64,000 bases of DNA. Origin: Pseudomonadota bacterium (GTDB lineage Bacteria > Pseudomonadota > Gammaproteobacteria > Burkholderiales > JAJZQI01). A model generated the notes under the pieces. It had not been told where the DNA came from and made no database searches. It saw only the letters and a program-made list of their open reading frames with translations. Positions 26,330-37,407 of the stretch are shown piece by piece; within the stretch, counting starts at the first letter, position 1; every line of letters starts with the position of its first letter. The position numbers were made by a program, and so were the translations under genes. The stretch lies in the NCBI GenBank assembly GCA_021851875.1, contig JAJZQI010000007.1, forward strand, positions 27,800-91,799, given 5' to 3'.

Positions 26330-29028
26330 GTGCCTTTGCGCCCAAAACTTACCAGCAGCAGGTACTCGATAGCGTGGAGGCTTATTTCAAAGCCTGCCAC
26401 GAACTGCCGTCGTCTTCGATTGCCTTTACTGCCACCACCGAGCGCCTGTGGGGACGGGGTTTGTCGTACAACCCGTTGTCGGGCTTTCCGGGCGACATGC
26501 CGTACTTCTGCCTGCGCGTGCCCACCGGGGGCGGCAAGACCTGGCTGGCGGCGAAAAGCGTGCAGCTCGTCAACACCCATCTACTGCGTTGCGAGCACAG
26601 CGTGATTCTGTGGCTGGTGCCCAGCAAGCCGATTCGAGAGCAGACCATCAAGGCGCTGAAGGATCGCAGCCACCCGTATCACGCCGCACTGCGCGAGGCG
26701 GGTCCGATCACAGTGCTGGATCTGGAAGAAGCTAAGAGCGTCACTCGCGCCACGCTGGATACGTCTACTACTATCATTGTTGCCACGCGCCAGGCATTTC
26801 AGGTGGAGGAAGAAGAGTACCGTAAGGTATATCAGTCCAGCGGCGCGCTGATGCATCATTTTGACAACCTGTCGCCGACGCAGCGCGATGAGTTGCTGAC
26901 CGATGGGGAGGGCAGCGAGCGCACCACGCCATATTCGCTGGCCAATGTGCTGCGCCTGCGCCGGCCATTCGTGGTGGTGGACGAGGCACACAACAGCCGC
27001 ACCGAATTGGCTTTTGAAATGCTGGCGCGCTTCCGCCCCAGCGGGGTGATGGAGCTGACCGCCACGCCCGATTTGGAGCGCACGCCCAGCAATGTGCTGC
27101 ACAGCGTGTCCGCCGCCGAGTTGAAGGCGGAAGAAATGATCAAGCTGCCGGTAGTGCTGGAAACCGAGCCGAACTGGCAGCAGTGCCTGGCCGACGCCAT
27201 TGGCCGGCGCGATGCCCTGCACAAGCTCGCGGATGAGGAGAAACGGGCCGGTGCGCCTTATCTGCGCCCGATTATACTGATTCAGGCGGAGCCGCGTCGT
27301 GCCGGTATTGAGACGCTGGATGTCGAGAAAGTACGGCACGAGCTGATGACGAATCAGGGCATTCCCGCCAGCGAGATTGTGGTGGCCACCGGTGAAGAAA
27401 AAGGGTTGGAGCAGCTTGATGCCGATTACAAGCAGGGCATTCTTGATCCGGCCTGCCCGGTAAAGTTCGTCATTACTCAGAAGGCGCTGGCGGAAGGTTG
27501 GGACTGCCCGTTTGCCTACATTCTGGTGAGCATGGCATCGCTGCATTCTGCCACGGCGGTGGAACAGTTGCTCGGGCGTGTATTGCGCCAGCCGAATGCC
27601 AGCCATTGGCAGGCAAAGGCCTTGAACCAGTCCTATGCCTTCGTGGTGTCGCGCAATTTTGCCGAAACGGCATCGGCTTTGAGAGACCGTCTGGTAATGG
27701 GGGCCGGATTTGATCGGCGCGATGTGAATGAGTTTGTCACCGCTGCCAGAGCCGAACAGGGGCGGTTTGATCTGGAGGGCCACGCTGGGCGCGTAGTTGT
27801 CCGGCCCGTGGCGATTGCTCTATCAGAAAAGCCCGACCTGAAGAGCGTGCCCAAGACGGTGCGCGACAAGGTAAGCTGGGACAGCAAGCTCAATACTCTA
27901 ACCATCAGTACGCCTCTCACGGAAGATGAAACCGAAGCGCTCAAGGCCTCGGTCACGTCGGGAACCGCTGCTGCGGCAATTGTCGAAGCCGCCGAAGTCA
28001 GCCGCACCACGGCGATCGAGTTCTTTCAGACGCCTGCCGAACTGGGCGAACGTTTCCGTGTGCCCGTTTTGGCCTTACGCGTGCAGGGTGAATTGGCGCT
28101 GTTTGATGACCCGGAGGTACTGGAGTACCCATGGGATCTTTCGCCTTACGATGCCGCGCCGACAGCAGGCGACCTGACGGCAATGGGCGCGGCGCTGAAA
28201 GTGTCGGAAGGTGGCGAGATCGATATCGATGCAAGTGGCCACATGGTGTCGCGCTTTTTACCGGAATTACAGCGCGATCTGGGCCTGGTGTACCAGCCGG
28301 AAAACTGGGATGAAGTCCGCCTCGCCACCTGGCTGTGCCGCAACCTGCCCGAGCCGTCACTGACCCATGCCAGCAAGCAGGCGTTTGTCGCTGCGTGGCT
28401 CACCGATTTGTTACGCCGGGATGGCTTCACGCTGGCCCGCGCCAACCTGCAGAAGTTCCTGATCCGCAACCTGATCGAGGCGCGCATTCGTGAACTGCGC
28501 AAGCAGGCCGTGGGTAAGGCTTTCCAGCAGGCGCTATTCGGTGACGATGCGGCTAACCGCGTGGCGGTGACCGATCAATACGCCTTCGAGTTTCACGCGC
28601 AGGCTTACGCACCCAGCCGTGACTATGACGGTCGTTTCGGGCACTTCGACTTCCGCAAGCATTTCTATGGCCGTATGGGCGACTTCGACAGCAAGGAAGA
28701 GTTCGAATGCGCCTGCCAGTTGGATATGTGGGCGCAACAGGGCCGCATTCAGTTTTGGGTGCGCAACCTCGTGCGGCGTGAAGGCAGTTCGTTTTTTCTG
28801 CAGAAGGCCGACGGGCGATTTTACCCGGACTTCCTCTGCCAGTTACCGGGTCCGGCAGGTCAGCCGGGGCCGGTTCTTGCGGTGGAATACAAGGGCGCGG
28901 ATCGATGGAATGCGGCTGAAGATGACCGCCTGATCGGTAGCCTATGGGCCAACCTGTCGGAAGGTCGTTGCCGGTTTGTGATGGTCAGGGACAAGCGTTG
29001 GGATTCGATTGAGCCGCTGTTGATATGA
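26326..29028 (+). CDS. res: Type III restriction endonuclease Res subunit (SF2 helicase + PD-ExK nuclease)
   Basis: 900 aa. Helicase motif I VPTGGGKTW, motif II VVVDEAHNS, motif III ELTATP. C-terminal nuclease motif YPDFL...VLAVEYKG. Confidence 0.9.
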   Translation: MSAFAPKTYQQQVLDSVEAYFKACHELPSSSIAFTATTERLWGRGLSYNPLSGFPGDMPYFCLRVPTGGGKTWLAAKSVQLVNTHLLRCEHSVILWLVPSKPIREQTIKALKDRSHPYHAALREAGPITVLDLEEAKSVTRATLDTSTTIIVATRQAFQVEEEEYRKVYQSSGALMHHFDNLSPTQRDELLTDGEGSERTTPYSLANVLRLRRPFVVVDEAHNSRTELAFEMLARFRPSGVMELTATPDLERTPSNVLHSVSAAELKAEEMIKLPVVLETEPNWQQCLADAIGRRDALHKLADEEKRAGAPYLRPIILIQAEPRRAGIETLDVEKVRHELMTNQGIPASEIVVATGEEKGLEQLDADYKQGILDPACPVKFVITQKALAEGWDCPFAYILVSMASLHSATAVEQLLGRVLRQPNASHWQAKALNQSYAFVVSRNFAETASALRDRLVMGAGFDRRDVNEFVTAARAEQGRFDLEGHAGRVVVRPVAIALSEKPDLKSVPKTVRDKVSWDSKLNTLTISTPLTEDETEALKASVTSGTAAAAIVEAAEVSRTTAIEFFQTPAELGERFRVPVLALRVQGELALFDDPEVLEYPWDLSPYDAAPTAGDLTAMGAALKVSEGGEIDIDASGHMVSRFLPELQRDLGLVYQPENWDEVRLATWLCRNLPEPSLTHASKQAFVAAWLTDLLRRDGFTLARANLQKFLIRNLIEARIRELRKQAVGKAFQQALFGDDAANRVAVTDQYAFEFHAQAYAPSRDYDGRFGHFDFRKHFYGRMGDFDSKEEFECACQLDMWAQQGRIQFWVRNLVRREGSSFFLQKADGRFYPDFLCQLPGPAGQPGPVLAVEYKGADRWNAAEDDRLIGSLWANLSEGRCRFVMVRDKRWDSIEPLLI

Positions 29029-30491
29029 CCCTCGACTACGCCACCCTCGACGCCCTGCGTACCCACCACCCTGCGTGGCGGCTTTTGCGTTCGGACCATG
29101 CGCCGCTGGTGGCGAGCTTTCTGCAACGGGTATTCGTGGCGCCCAATGTGCGGGTGATGGCGGTAGCGGATTTGGCGGAGGCGCTGGAGGACGAGTTGTA
29201 TGCCTTGCGCTTGCATTGGGGTGAAACTGCTTTTCCCAAGCCCGCGCTGGAGTACCTGAACGATTGGGCCGCGACAGACAAGGGCTGGCTGCGCAAGTTC
29301 TACCGCCCCGGCACGGACGAGGCGCAATTCGATTTAACGCCGGCCACCGAAAAGGCCATTGCCTGGCTGGCGCAGCTTTCCGAGCGGCAATTTGTGGGTA
29401 CCGAGTCGCGTTTGCTCACGCTGTTTGACCTGCTCAAGCAGATGAGCGAAGGCAGCGAGGCCGACCCGGCCAAGCGTATCGCCGAACTGCACAAGAAGCG
29501 TGAAGAGATCGATGCCGAGATTGCCCGGGTGCTGGCGGGCGATGTGCCGCTGCTGGATGACACGGCGGTGAAGGATCGCTTCCAGCAGTTCATGCAGGGC
29601 GCGCGCGAGTTGCTGACTGACTTTCGCGAGGTGGAGCACAACTTTCGTCAACTGGACCGGCGCGTGCGCGAGCGCATCGCCCTGTGGGAAGGCGGCCCAA
29701 ATCAGGGGCGTGGCGCGCTGCTGGAAGATATCATGGGCGAGCGCGATGCCATTGCCGATTCCGATCAGGGCAAGAGCTTTCGCGCCTTTTGGGATTTTTT
29801 GCTATCCAGCCGTCGGCAGGAGGAGTTGACCGGGCTGCTGGATCGCGTGCTGGCGCTGCCTGCCGTGAAGGACCTGAATCCCGATACCCGCACCCGCCGC
29901 GTGCATTACGACTGGATGGAAGCGGGTGAGCATACCCAGCGGACCATCGCCTCCTTGTCGCAGCAGTTGCGCCGTTTTCTGGATGATCAGGCCTGGCTGG
30001 AAAACCGGCGCATCATGGACATACTGCATGGCATTGAGAGCAAAGCGCTCGCCCTGCGCGATGCGCCTCCGTCAGGTAATGTCATGGAAATGGCTGAAAT
30101 CGGCGCGGATATTGAGCTGGCGATGGAGCGCCCATTGTTTGCGCCGGTGAATAGGCCGGTGATTGCCGACCTGGCCCTGCAGGCGGGTGATGAAGACATT
30201 GACGCTCAGGCACTGTTCGATCAGGTGGTTGTCGATAAGGCGCGGCTCACCCGCCATATCCGTCATGCCTTGCAGGACCGGGCTCAGACTACCTTGATCG
30301 AGCTGGTGACGAGCCAGCCCTTGCAGCAGGGGCTGGCCGAGTTGGTGGCTTATCTGCAATTGGGCTGTGAAGACTTCAATACGGTGATGGATGAGGATAT
30401 TTCCGAGCCCATCGGCTGGCAGACAGTGACTTCGGATGGTCAAATCATCAACCGCAGCGCAAAGCTGCCCCGCGTGATTTTTATACGCTGA
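29025..30491 (+). CDS. jetA: Wadjet JetA (DUF3375, kleisin-like)
   Basis: 488 aa. ATG overlaps the res stop (ATGA at 29025-29028). The length, the N-terminus ...LRTHHPAWRLLRSDHAPLVASFLQRVF, and its position before the DUF4194 / SMC-like / Toprim genes all fit JetA. Confidence 0.85.
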   Translation: MTLDYATLDALRTHHPAWRLLRSDHAPLVASFLQRVFVAPNVRVMAVADLAEALEDELYALRLHWGETAFPKPALEYLNDWAATDKGWLRKFYRPGTDEAQFDLTPATEKAIAWLAQLSERQFVGTESRLLTLFDLLKQMSEGSEADPAKRIAELHKKREEIDAEIARVLAGDVPLLDDTAVKDRFQQFMQGARELLTDFREVEHNFRQLDRRVRERIALWEGGPNQGRGALLEDIMGERDAIADSDQGKSFRAFWDFLLSSRRQEELTGLLDRVLALPAVKDLNPDTRTRRVHYDWMEAGEHTQRTIASLSQQLRRFLDDQAWLENRRIMDILHGIESKALALRDAPPSGNVMEMAEIGADIELAMERPLFAPVNRPVIADLALQAGDEDIDAQALFDQVVVDKARLTRHIRHALQDRAQTTLIELVTSQPLQQGLAELVAYLQLGCEDFNTVMDEDISEPIGWQTVTSDGQIINRSAKLPRVIFIR

Positions 30492-30528
30492 ACAGGAACA
30501 CAAGCAGAGACGCTCTGTGATACAGGAC

Positions 30529-31206
30529 ATGGAAGAAGAATTCTCGCACAGCCCATCGGTACCGACTCCGACTGTGGCGCCAAACGCGGATTTGTCGGTG
30601 TTGCTGATCGGCTTGCTCAAGAGCGTGCTCTACCGTGATGGCGACGAGCGCCAGTGGGCGGCACTGCTCAGCCTGCAAGCGCGAGTACGGGATTATGTGG
30701 CAGTGCTGAATCTTGAATTGGTGCTGGACGAGGCCGAGGGTTATGCATTTCTGAAAAGCCGCCCCGAACCGGCCGATGACGATCCTTCACCACGTTTGCC
30801 GCGGCTGGTGGCGCGCCGGCCGCTTTCCTTTGCCGTGAGTTTGCTGCTGGCCTTGCTGCGCAAGAAGCTGGCCGAGTTCGATGCAGGCGGCGGTGATACG
30901 CGACTGGTGCTGTCCCGCGACGACATTGTGGAGCTGGTGCGGGTGTTTCTGCCAGATGGTCCGAATGAGGCCAAGCTGATCGACCAGATCGAGACCACGA
31001 TCAACAAGGTGGCCGAGCTGGGTTTTCTGCAGAAACTCAAACCTGCCGGTGGCGCCGCAGCCGAGCAAGCCACTTACGAGGTGAGGCGAATTCTGAAGGC
31101 CTTTGTTGATGCTCAGTGGCTGGCTGAATTTGATGCGCGCCTGGCCGCCTATCAGTCGCAGCTGGGCGGTGTGATGCATGTCAGGGAGGAGGCGGGCCAT
31201 GAATGA
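30529..31206 (+). CDS. jetB: Wadjet JetB (DUF4194, KITE-like)
   Basis: About 225 aa. Acidic N-terminus followed by [23 protein letters not shown]. The start could instead be GTG 30517. Confidence 0.85.
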   Translation: MEEEFSHSPSVPTPTVAPNADLSVLLIGLLKSVLYRDGDERQWAALLSLQARVRDYVAVLNLELVLDEAEGYAFLKSRPEPADDDPSPRLPRLVARRPLSFAVSLLLALLRKKLAEFDAGGGDTRLVLSRDDIVELVRVFLPDGPNEAKLIDQIETTINKVAELGFLQKLKPAGGAAAEQATYEVRRILKAFVDAQWLAEFDARLAAYQSQLGGVMHVREEAGHE

Positions 31207-34200
31207 GCCGCAGTCATTGGGCCTTGACTTCTGCGCGAATGATACCTTGTCCGGCTTTCGGCTGACTCGGCTGGAGGTGTTCAACTGGGGTACCTTTGAC
31301 AGCCGGGTGTGGACGCTGCAACTGGACGGCAAGAATGGGCTGCTTACGGGCGATATCGGCTCGGGTAAATCCACGCTGGTAGATGCCATTACCACCCTGC
31401 TGGTGCCTGCCAATCGTATTGCATACAACAAAGCGGCCGGTGCGGACAGCAAGGAAAGAACGCTGCGCTCCTATGTGCTGGGACATTACAAATCCGAGCG
31501 CAATGAAGTGACGGGCGCAGCGAAGCCGGTGAGCCTGCGTGACCAGAATAACTATTCGGTCATTCTGGGGGTGTTCCAGAACGCAGGCTACGACCAGACA
31601 GTGACCCTGGCGCAGGTATTCTGGATGAAAGAGGCGCAGGGGCAGCCGGCGCGGTTCTTTCTGGGGGCAGAACGGGCGCTTTCCATTGCAAGCGACTTTG
31701 CCCATTTCGGCTCGGACATTGCTCAGCTGCGCAAGAAGCTGCGCGGTCTGGGTGCTGAGTTGCAAGACAGTTTCCCGCCCTATGCCGCCTGGTTCCGGCG
31801 GCGCTTCGGCATTGAAAACGATCAGGCGCTGGAGTTGTTCCACCAAACGGTGTCGATGAAATCGGTCGGTAACCTGACGGACTTCGTGCGCAGCCATATG
31901 CTTGAACCTTTCGAGGTTGGCCCGCGCCTGCAAGCCTTGATCGGCCATTTCGATGATCTTAATCGCGCCCATCAGGCTGTGCTGAAAGCCCAGCAGCAGG
32001 TTGAATTGCTCACACCTTTGATTGCGGACTGCGGCCGCCACAGTGCGTTGGTAGCTGAGGTCGACAGTTTGCGCAGATGCCGGGACAGCTTGCGGCCCTA
32101 CTTTGCGGGCCTGAAACGGGAGCTGATCGACAAACGGCTGAGTTCTCTGGCTGAAGAGTGGGAGCGGATGGGGGCTCTGGTACAGAAGCTGGACGCTGCC
32201 CATGAGGCGCAAGGCCAGCAAGTTGATGAACTGAAGCAGGCTATCAACGACAACGGCGGTGACCGGCTGGAACGGCTTGCCGTCGAGATACGCAAGAAAG
32301 AGCAGTTGCGGGATACGCGTAAAACCAAGGCTGACCGCTACAGTGAGTTGGCTGCTGTGCTGGGCGAGCCGCCGGTAACAGATGCCGCCGCCTTCGCCGC
32401 GCAACGCGGCAAGTATCAAGACTGGCGCGAGGAGGCACGCAACCGCGATGCCGACCTGCAGAACGTGCTCACCGAGCACAGCGTGACCTTGCGCCAGGGC
32501 AGGCAGGAACATGAGCAACAGAGCGCGGAAATCGAAAGTCTCAAGCGGCGGCGTAGCAATATTGACGACCAGCAGATTCAGATGCGTGCCGCACTGTGTG
32601 CGGCACTGGGGCTGAGCGCCGATGACATGCCGTTTGCCGGAGAACTGATACAGGTGCGTGACGATGAGCGCGATTGGGAAGGCGCTGCCGAGCGCTTGCT
32701 GCGCGGCTTCGGTCTGGCTCTGCTGGTGCCCGATACGCACTACAAGGCCGTGGCCGAATGGGTGGATAGCGCCCATTTGCGCGGTCGCCTGGTGTATTTC
32801 CATGTGCGATCACGCAAGGCTGCTGAACTGCCTGAACTGCACCGTGATTCTCTGGTACGCAAGCTGGCCATCAAGCCTGACTCGCCGTACTACGATTGGC
32901 TGGAACGCGAGCTTGCCCATCGGTTTGATGTGGCCTGTTGCGCCACGCAAGAGCAGTTCCGCCGCGAGGCGCGGGCCATCACCCGCGCGGGCCAGATTAA
33001 AGACCCGAGCGGCCGGCACGAAAAGGACGACCGCCATCACATCGACGATCGCAGCCGCTATGTGCTGGGCTGGAGCAATAGCGCCAAGATTGCTGCACTG
33101 GAGGCCAAGCGTCGCCAACTTGAAACAAGGCTCGGTGAGGTGGGCAGCGAAATTGGCATCATCCAGAAAGAACGCGCTGGGCTTTCCAGCCGTCTTGATG
33201 CGCTGACCCGACTTGAAGAGTTCACGACATACGATGAGCTGGATTGGGCCAGTGTCGCCACCGAGATTGCACAACTGACTGATGAGCGTAGTCGGCTGGA
33301 GTCGGCCTCGGATGTGCTAAAGCAGTTGAATGACAGCCTGCGCACCTTGCAGCAGGCGCAGAAGGAAACCGCAGAAGCACTGCAAGCTGCGCGTGAGAAG
33401 CGCGCCAAGGTGGAGCAGCGGCGCGCGGATGCGCAAGACCTGCGGCAGCAAACAGCGGAACGGCTTGACGGTTTTGCCATCGACGATGATTTGGCAGCCA
33501 GGCTCGAAGCTATGCGCACCGAAGCGCTGGGCGAGCATCAGCTCACGGTTGAATCCTGCGATAACCGTGAGCAGGATGTCCGCGCCTGGCTGCAGACACG
33601 AATTGACGCCGAAGATTTGAAACTCAAACGTCTGGCAGAGAAGATCATCAAAGCCATGGCTTCTTTCAAGGAGGCGTTCAAGCTGGAGACGGCCGAGATG
33701 GATGCCAGCCTTGAAGCGGTTTTTGAGTATGAAAATCTGCTGATGCAGTTGAATCGCGACGACCTGCCGCGCTTTGTGGCGCGATTCAAGGAACTGCTCA
33801 ATGTCAACACCATCAACGAGATCGCCAACTTCAATGCCCAGCTGGCTCGCGAGCGCGAAACCATCAAGGAGCGCATCGCCCATATCAACAAATCACTTGG
33901 CGAGATTGACTACAATCCCGGCCGCTACATTGTGCTGGAATGGCAAGCCAGTCCCGATGCTGAAATCCGTGACTTCCAGCAGGAATTGCGTGCTTGTACC
34001 GAGGGTGCTGTCACCGGCTCGGACGATGCCCAGTATTCAGAGGCAAAATTCTTGCAGGTCAAGGCTATCATCGACCGCTTTCGTGGGCGCGAAGGGTTGT
34101 CTGAGCAAGATCGCCGCTGGACGGCCAAGGTTACCGATGTGCGCAACTGGTTTCTTTTTGCCGCCAGTGAACGCTGGCGTGAGGACAACAGCGAGCACGA

Positions 34201-34591
34201 ACACTACTCAGACTCCGGCGGCAAGTCGGGCGGACAGAAGGAAAAACTGGCCTATACCATTCTGGCCGCCAGTCTGGCGTACCAGTTCGGTCTGGAATGG
34301 GGCGCGGTGCGTTCCCGCTCTTTCCGCTTCGTGGTTATTGATGAGGCGTTCGGGCGTGGTTCGGATGAGTCTGCCCAATACGGTCTGAAATTGTTCCGGC
34401 AACTCAACCTGCAACTGCTGATCGTGACGCCGCTGCAGAAAATCCACATCATCGAACCTTACGTTGCCAGTGTCGGTTTCGTCCATAACGAAGGTGGGCG
34501 GGCATCGAAGCTGCGTAATCTTTCCATTGAGGAATACCGGGCGCAGAAGGCCTTGACGCCAATCCAGGCTGTGCAGGAGCCTGAACAGTGA
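31199..34591 (+). CDS. jetC: Wadjet JetC (SMC-like ABC ATPase)
   Basis: 1130 aa. Starts ...[15 protein letters not shown], Walker [11 protein letters not shown], very long coiled-coil middle, C-terminal signature/Walker B ...[21 protein letters not shown]...[13 protein letters not shown] overlaps the jetB stop by 8 nt. Confidence 0.9.
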   Translation: MNEPQSLGLDFCANDTLSGFRLTRLEVFNWGTFDSRVWTLQLDGKNGLLTGDIGSGKSTLVDAITTLLVPANRIAYNKAAGADSKERTLRSYVLGHYKSERNEVTGAAKPVSLRDQNNYSVILGVFQNAGYDQTVTLAQVFWMKEAQGQPARFFLGAERALSIASDFAHFGSDIAQLRKKLRGLGAELQDSFPPYAAWFRRRFGIENDQALELFHQTVSMKSVGNLTDFVRSHMLEPFEVGPRLQALIGHFDDLNRAHQAVLKAQQQVELLTPLIADCGRHSALVAEVDSLRRCRDSLRPYFAGLKRELIDKRLSSLAEEWERMGALVQKLDAAHEAQGQQVDELKQAINDNGGDRLERLAVEIRKKEQLRDTRKTKADRYSELAAVLGEPPVTDAAAFAAQRGKYQDWREEARNRDADLQNVLTEHSVTLRQGRQEHEQQSAEIESLKRRRSNIDDQQIQMRAALCAALGLSADDMPFAGELIQVRDDERDWEGAAERLLRGFGLALLVPDTHYKAVAEWVDSAHLRGRLVYFHVRSRKAAELPELHRDSLVRKLAIKPDSPYYDWLERELAHRFDVACCATQEQFRREARAITRAGQIKDPSGRHEKDDRHHIDDRSRYVLGWSNSAKIAALEAKRRQLETRLGEVGSEIGIIQKERAGLSSRLDALTRLEEFTTYDELDWASVATEIAQLTDERSRLESASDVLKQLNDSLRTLQQAQKETAEALQAAREKRAKVEQRRADAQDLRQQTAERLDGFAIDDDLAARLEAMRTEALGEHQLTVESCDNREQDVRAWLQTRIDAEDLKLKRLAEKIIKAMASFKEAFKLETAEMDASLEAVFEYENLLMQLNRDDLPRFVARFKELLNVNTINEIANFNAQLARERETIKERIAHINKSLGEIDYNPGRYIVLEWQASPDAEIRDFQQELRACTEGAVTGSDDAQYSEAKFLQVKAIIDRFRGREGLSEQDRRWTAKVTDVRNWFLFAASERWREDNSEHEHYSDSGGKSGGQKEKLAYTILAASLAYQFGLEWGAVRSRSFRFVVIDEAFGRGSDESAQYGLKLFRQLNLQLLIVTPLQKIHIIEPYVASVGFVHNEGGRASKLRNLSIEEYRAQKALTPIQAVQEPEQ

Positions 34592-35802
34592 GCTGGACTG
34601 GCCCGAAAGAATTGAAAGCTCAGTTGGCGCGCCTTTGGGAGCGCGGCGAACTGTTGCGGGATGCGGTGACGGGCAATGAGCGTTTTCCTTTACGCCTGTC
34701 CCTCAAATCTCCGGGTTCAGCGGATATTACCGATCGTTTTGACGAAGTCCGCGCGTGGGCCGCCGAATTGGCTTCTGCGAACTCGGTTTGCGTGGAGTGG
34801 CGGGAGATCCGCCACCGTGTCCAGGGCGCGCAGAGGTTGCCGGCTTGTGTGCGGGTTGAGACGCTGGAAGATGCGTTAACCTGGTTGGGCAAGCGCAACG
34901 AATGGGATCGCTTCGCCGCGCAAGTTTCCGTCACCCGGCAAACGCATCCCGCTTTGCTGCCCTGGCTGGAAAAGCGTCCACTGCTGGCTCTGGAGCTATC
35001 CAGCGAATGGCCCCGTTTGCTGGCTGTAGTGACATGGCTTGTCGAGCATCCGCATCCCGGCATTTACGTGCGGCAGGTGGATTTGCCCGGCATACACAGT
35101 AAATTCATCGAAGCCCATCGCAGTGTACTGGCCGAGTTACTTGATCTGGCATTGCCTGCTGATGCTGTGGACACCAGCAAAACCGGTATCAGCCAGTTTT
35201 CTGCCCGCTATGGTTTTCTGGAAAAGCCGACGCGTATTCGCTTCCGTGTGCTTGACCCCGCCATTCAGATCGTGCCTGGTACGACATCTCCTGACGTGAC
35301 TCTGGATGCCGATAGTTTCAGTCGCCTGAGGCTCGGCGTGCAGCGTGTATTCATTACAGAAAACGAGACCAATTTTCTGGCCTTTCCTCAGGTAGCCAAT
35401 GCGATGGTGATTTTTGGCGCGGGTTACGGTTGGGATGCGCTGGCCCGCGGCCGTTGGCTAGGTAACTGCTCAATCTATTATTGGGGTGATATTGACACTC
35501 ATGGTTTTGGCATTCTGGATCAGCTTCGCGGCCACTTTGATCATGTGGTTTCGTTTTTGATGGACCGGGCAACGCTTGATGCGCATGCAGCTATTTGGGG
35601 ACATGAGGACAATCCTCTACGTGCGGACTTGCACCGGCTGACAACTGAGGAGAGAGCCCTCTATGATGACTTGTGCAACAACCGCATTCGCACTGGATTG
35701 CGGCTGGAGCAGGAATACATCGGTTTCCAATGGCTGACTCAGCGCCTGCGGTTGCTTGAGTGCGCGACTGAACCCGTTGATGGGTTATTCATTTCAAGTT
35801 AA
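34588..35802 (+). CDS. jetD: Wadjet JetD (DUF3322 + Toprim/DUF2220 nuclease)
   Basis: 404 aa. Toprim residues [10 protein letters not shown] and [14 protein letters not shown]. The GTG start overlaps the jetC stop (GTGA). Confidence 0.9.
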   Translation: MSWTGPKELKAQLARLWERGELLRDAVTGNERFPLRLSLKSPGSADITDRFDEVRAWAAELASANSVCVEWREIRHRVQGAQRLPACVRVETLEDALTWLGKRNEWDRFAAQVSVTRQTHPALLPWLEKRPLLALELSSEWPRLLAVVTWLVEHPHPGIYVRQVDLPGIHSKFIEAHRSVLAELLDLALPADAVDTSKTGISQFSARYGFLEKPTRIRFRVLDPAIQIVPGTTSPDVTLDADSFSRLRLGVQRVFITENETNFLAFPQVANAMVIFGAGYGWDALARGRWLGNCSIYYWGDIDTHGFGILDQLRGHFDHVVSFLMDRATLDAHAAIWGHEDNPLRADLHRLTTEERALYDDLCNNRIRTGLRLEQEYIGFQWLTQRLRLLECATEPVDGLFISS

Positions 35803-35828
35803 ACCGGTCAGTTATTTCGGGGCGAACG

Positions 35829-36632
35829 CTACAGCATTTCCCCTTCCATCTGCCGCCACACGCGGCCGCTGCCGTGTTCCACCACCAGTTTGTTCCAGGC
35901 CGGCACCAGCATGCCTGTCTGGAAGGCTATTTGTCCTTCACGGAAGGGCAGGGTGGAGTGTTCGATTTTCCAAGGTGTTTCTCCCTGACGTCGGCCAAAA
36001 CTGATTTCGAAATCGAGCCAGCTCAGCAGGCGTTCACTGTTGGGCTGGACGGCCTGGATCAGCGAGGCCAGATTCTGGGCCGGCGGTAGTTGCCCCAGGC
36101 GCGGGCGCACATACATGAAATAAGCGCCGCAAACCAGTACCCAGGCAGGTCTTGCGGGTGGCTGGCCATCTTCTTCCGCCAGTTGCAGCACCCAATTGGG
36201 CCCGATACTTTCCGGCAGGCGTTGCCAGTGTTCCATGTAATCGGCCTCTACGCCTGTTTCGATCAGCTCGTCGCGGCTGAACTGCATATGGCCGATATCC
36301 CGTTTGCCACTGGCTGGTTGGAAATCGACCTTGCGGTGCCAGATACATTGGTCCTTCTGCACCTGAGTGATACCGGCAAAGCCTTTTTGGCAGGCAAGCC
36401 ATTCAAGCTGTTCGTCCGTGCAGTCGGCCAGTTGAGTGACACCGCTAAAATCGGGGCGACCGGCCGGGATGCGTAAATCGGCATGACAATGCGCTGCCTG
36501 CAGCCAGTAAACGCGTGTTTTGGTGTCGTTGGTCGTGGCCTGGCGGGCGCTACGGGCACTGGCCGGTATGCGCAGCAGTGTACGTTGCCAAACGCCGGGA
36601 TAGTGTGATGGAACGGCAGGATGTTTACTCAT
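35829..36632 (-). CDS. Hypothetical protein (267 aa), no recognisable family
   Basis: Track ORF 35829-36986 trimmed to ATG 36632; the longer version overlaps the MBL gene out of frame. ATGAGTAA overlap with the MBL stop. Codon usage resembles its neighbours. No motif recognised. Confidence 0.65.
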   Translation of the reverse strand: MSKHPAVPSHYPGVWQRTLLRIPASARSARQATTNDTKTRVYWLQAAHCHADLRIPAGRPDFSGVTQLADCTDEQLEWLACQKGFAGITQVQKDQCIWHRKVDFQPASGKRDIGHMQFSRDELIETGVEADYMEHWQRLPESIGPNWVLQLAEEDGQPPARPAWVLVCGAYFMYVRPRLGQLPPAQNLASLIQAVQPNSERLLSWLDFEISFGRRQGETPWKIEHSTLPFREGQIAFQTGMLVPAWNKLVVEHGSGRVWRQMEGEML

Positions 36633-37407
36633 GGAATTCCGGGAATTGTTTGAGGGTACGCCAGAAGGCGATGTCGTGGTTGGGCCACAGTTCTGCCTGT
36701 TCCTGTTTTGCCAGTTGCTTGAGCTTGCGGATGCTGTCGAGCGCCTGGTCCTCGCGCTCCTGCCAGCATAGACCGGGCGCGACTTCTTGTTCAATGTTTT
36801 CGCGTAAGTCGGCGGCATCGCCGCACAGCACGATGGACGGGCCTTTGGGCAGTTCGATCCACAGCGACATGTGACCGGCCGTGTGGCCTGGGGTGGACAC
36901 GGCGCGCACGCCGTGCACGAGATCGTATTCGCCTTGCAGCACCTTCCAGCGGTAGTCGCCGGCGAAATCGTCGGCAAAGTAGGCAATGTCCTGGCCGCTT
37001 TGCGCCGCTGCTAACTCATCCTTCTGCACATGGATTTCCGCCCCGCCGACTTCGCCCAGCCCACCGGCGTGGTCGAAGTGCAAATGGCCGATGAACACCA
37101 CGTCGACATCGTCCGGTTTGAGTCCCAGTCGTGCGAGGTGGTTTGGCAAACGGTCCTCTGCGCGCATTTCCGGCGGGCCGAAAGGAAATACCTCCGGATC
37201 GTAATAGCGCTGGCGCAGGGCAGGGTCGGCAATTTTGCAGTAATCGCAGCCTACATCGTAGAGAATGCGGCCCTGGGTCGTTTCAATCAGGTAAGCCAGA
37301 ATCGGCGCTTCGATGATTTGTCCGGCGCCACGGTTGCGGGTGGAGAGCGACTTGTCGTATTTGTGCGTGGCGGTCAGCAGCGGCCACAAACGTAAAACCT
37401 GGCTCAT
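36625..37407 (-). CDS. MBL-fold hydrolase (N-acyl-homoserine-lactonase / pyridoxolactonase-like)
   Basis: 260 aa. Zinc motif HLHFDHAGG, plus downstream TPGHTAGH and a D...H. Confidence 0.85.
   Translation of the reverse strand: MSQVLRLWPLLTATHKYDKSLSTRNRGAGQIIEAPILAYLIETTQGRILYDVGCDYCKIADPALRQRYYDPEVFPFGPPEMRAEDRLPNHLARLGLKPDDVDVVFIGHLHFDHAGGLGEVGGAEIHVQKDELAAAQSGQDIAYFADDFAGDYRWKVLQGEYDLVHGVRAVSTPGHTAGHMSLWIELPKGPSIVLCGDAADLRENIEQEVAPGLCWQEREDQALDSIRKLKQLAKQEQAELWPNHDIAFWRTLKQFPEFHE

Noticed and set aside
22474-35828. Calling the defence block a genomic island or integrative mobile element.
   Set aside because: I could not find an integrase, transposase, tRNA/tmRNA target, conjugation gene or flanking direct repeat. 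Only its accessory character and insertion position are supportable.
36633-36986. N-terminal 118-codon extension of the 385-aa track ORF 35829-36986(-).
   Set aside because: The extension overlaps the MBL-fold gene out of frame and is Cys/Arg/Thr-rich nonsense. An ATG at 36632 overlapping the MBL stop (ATGAGTAA) gives a coupled 267-aa product.
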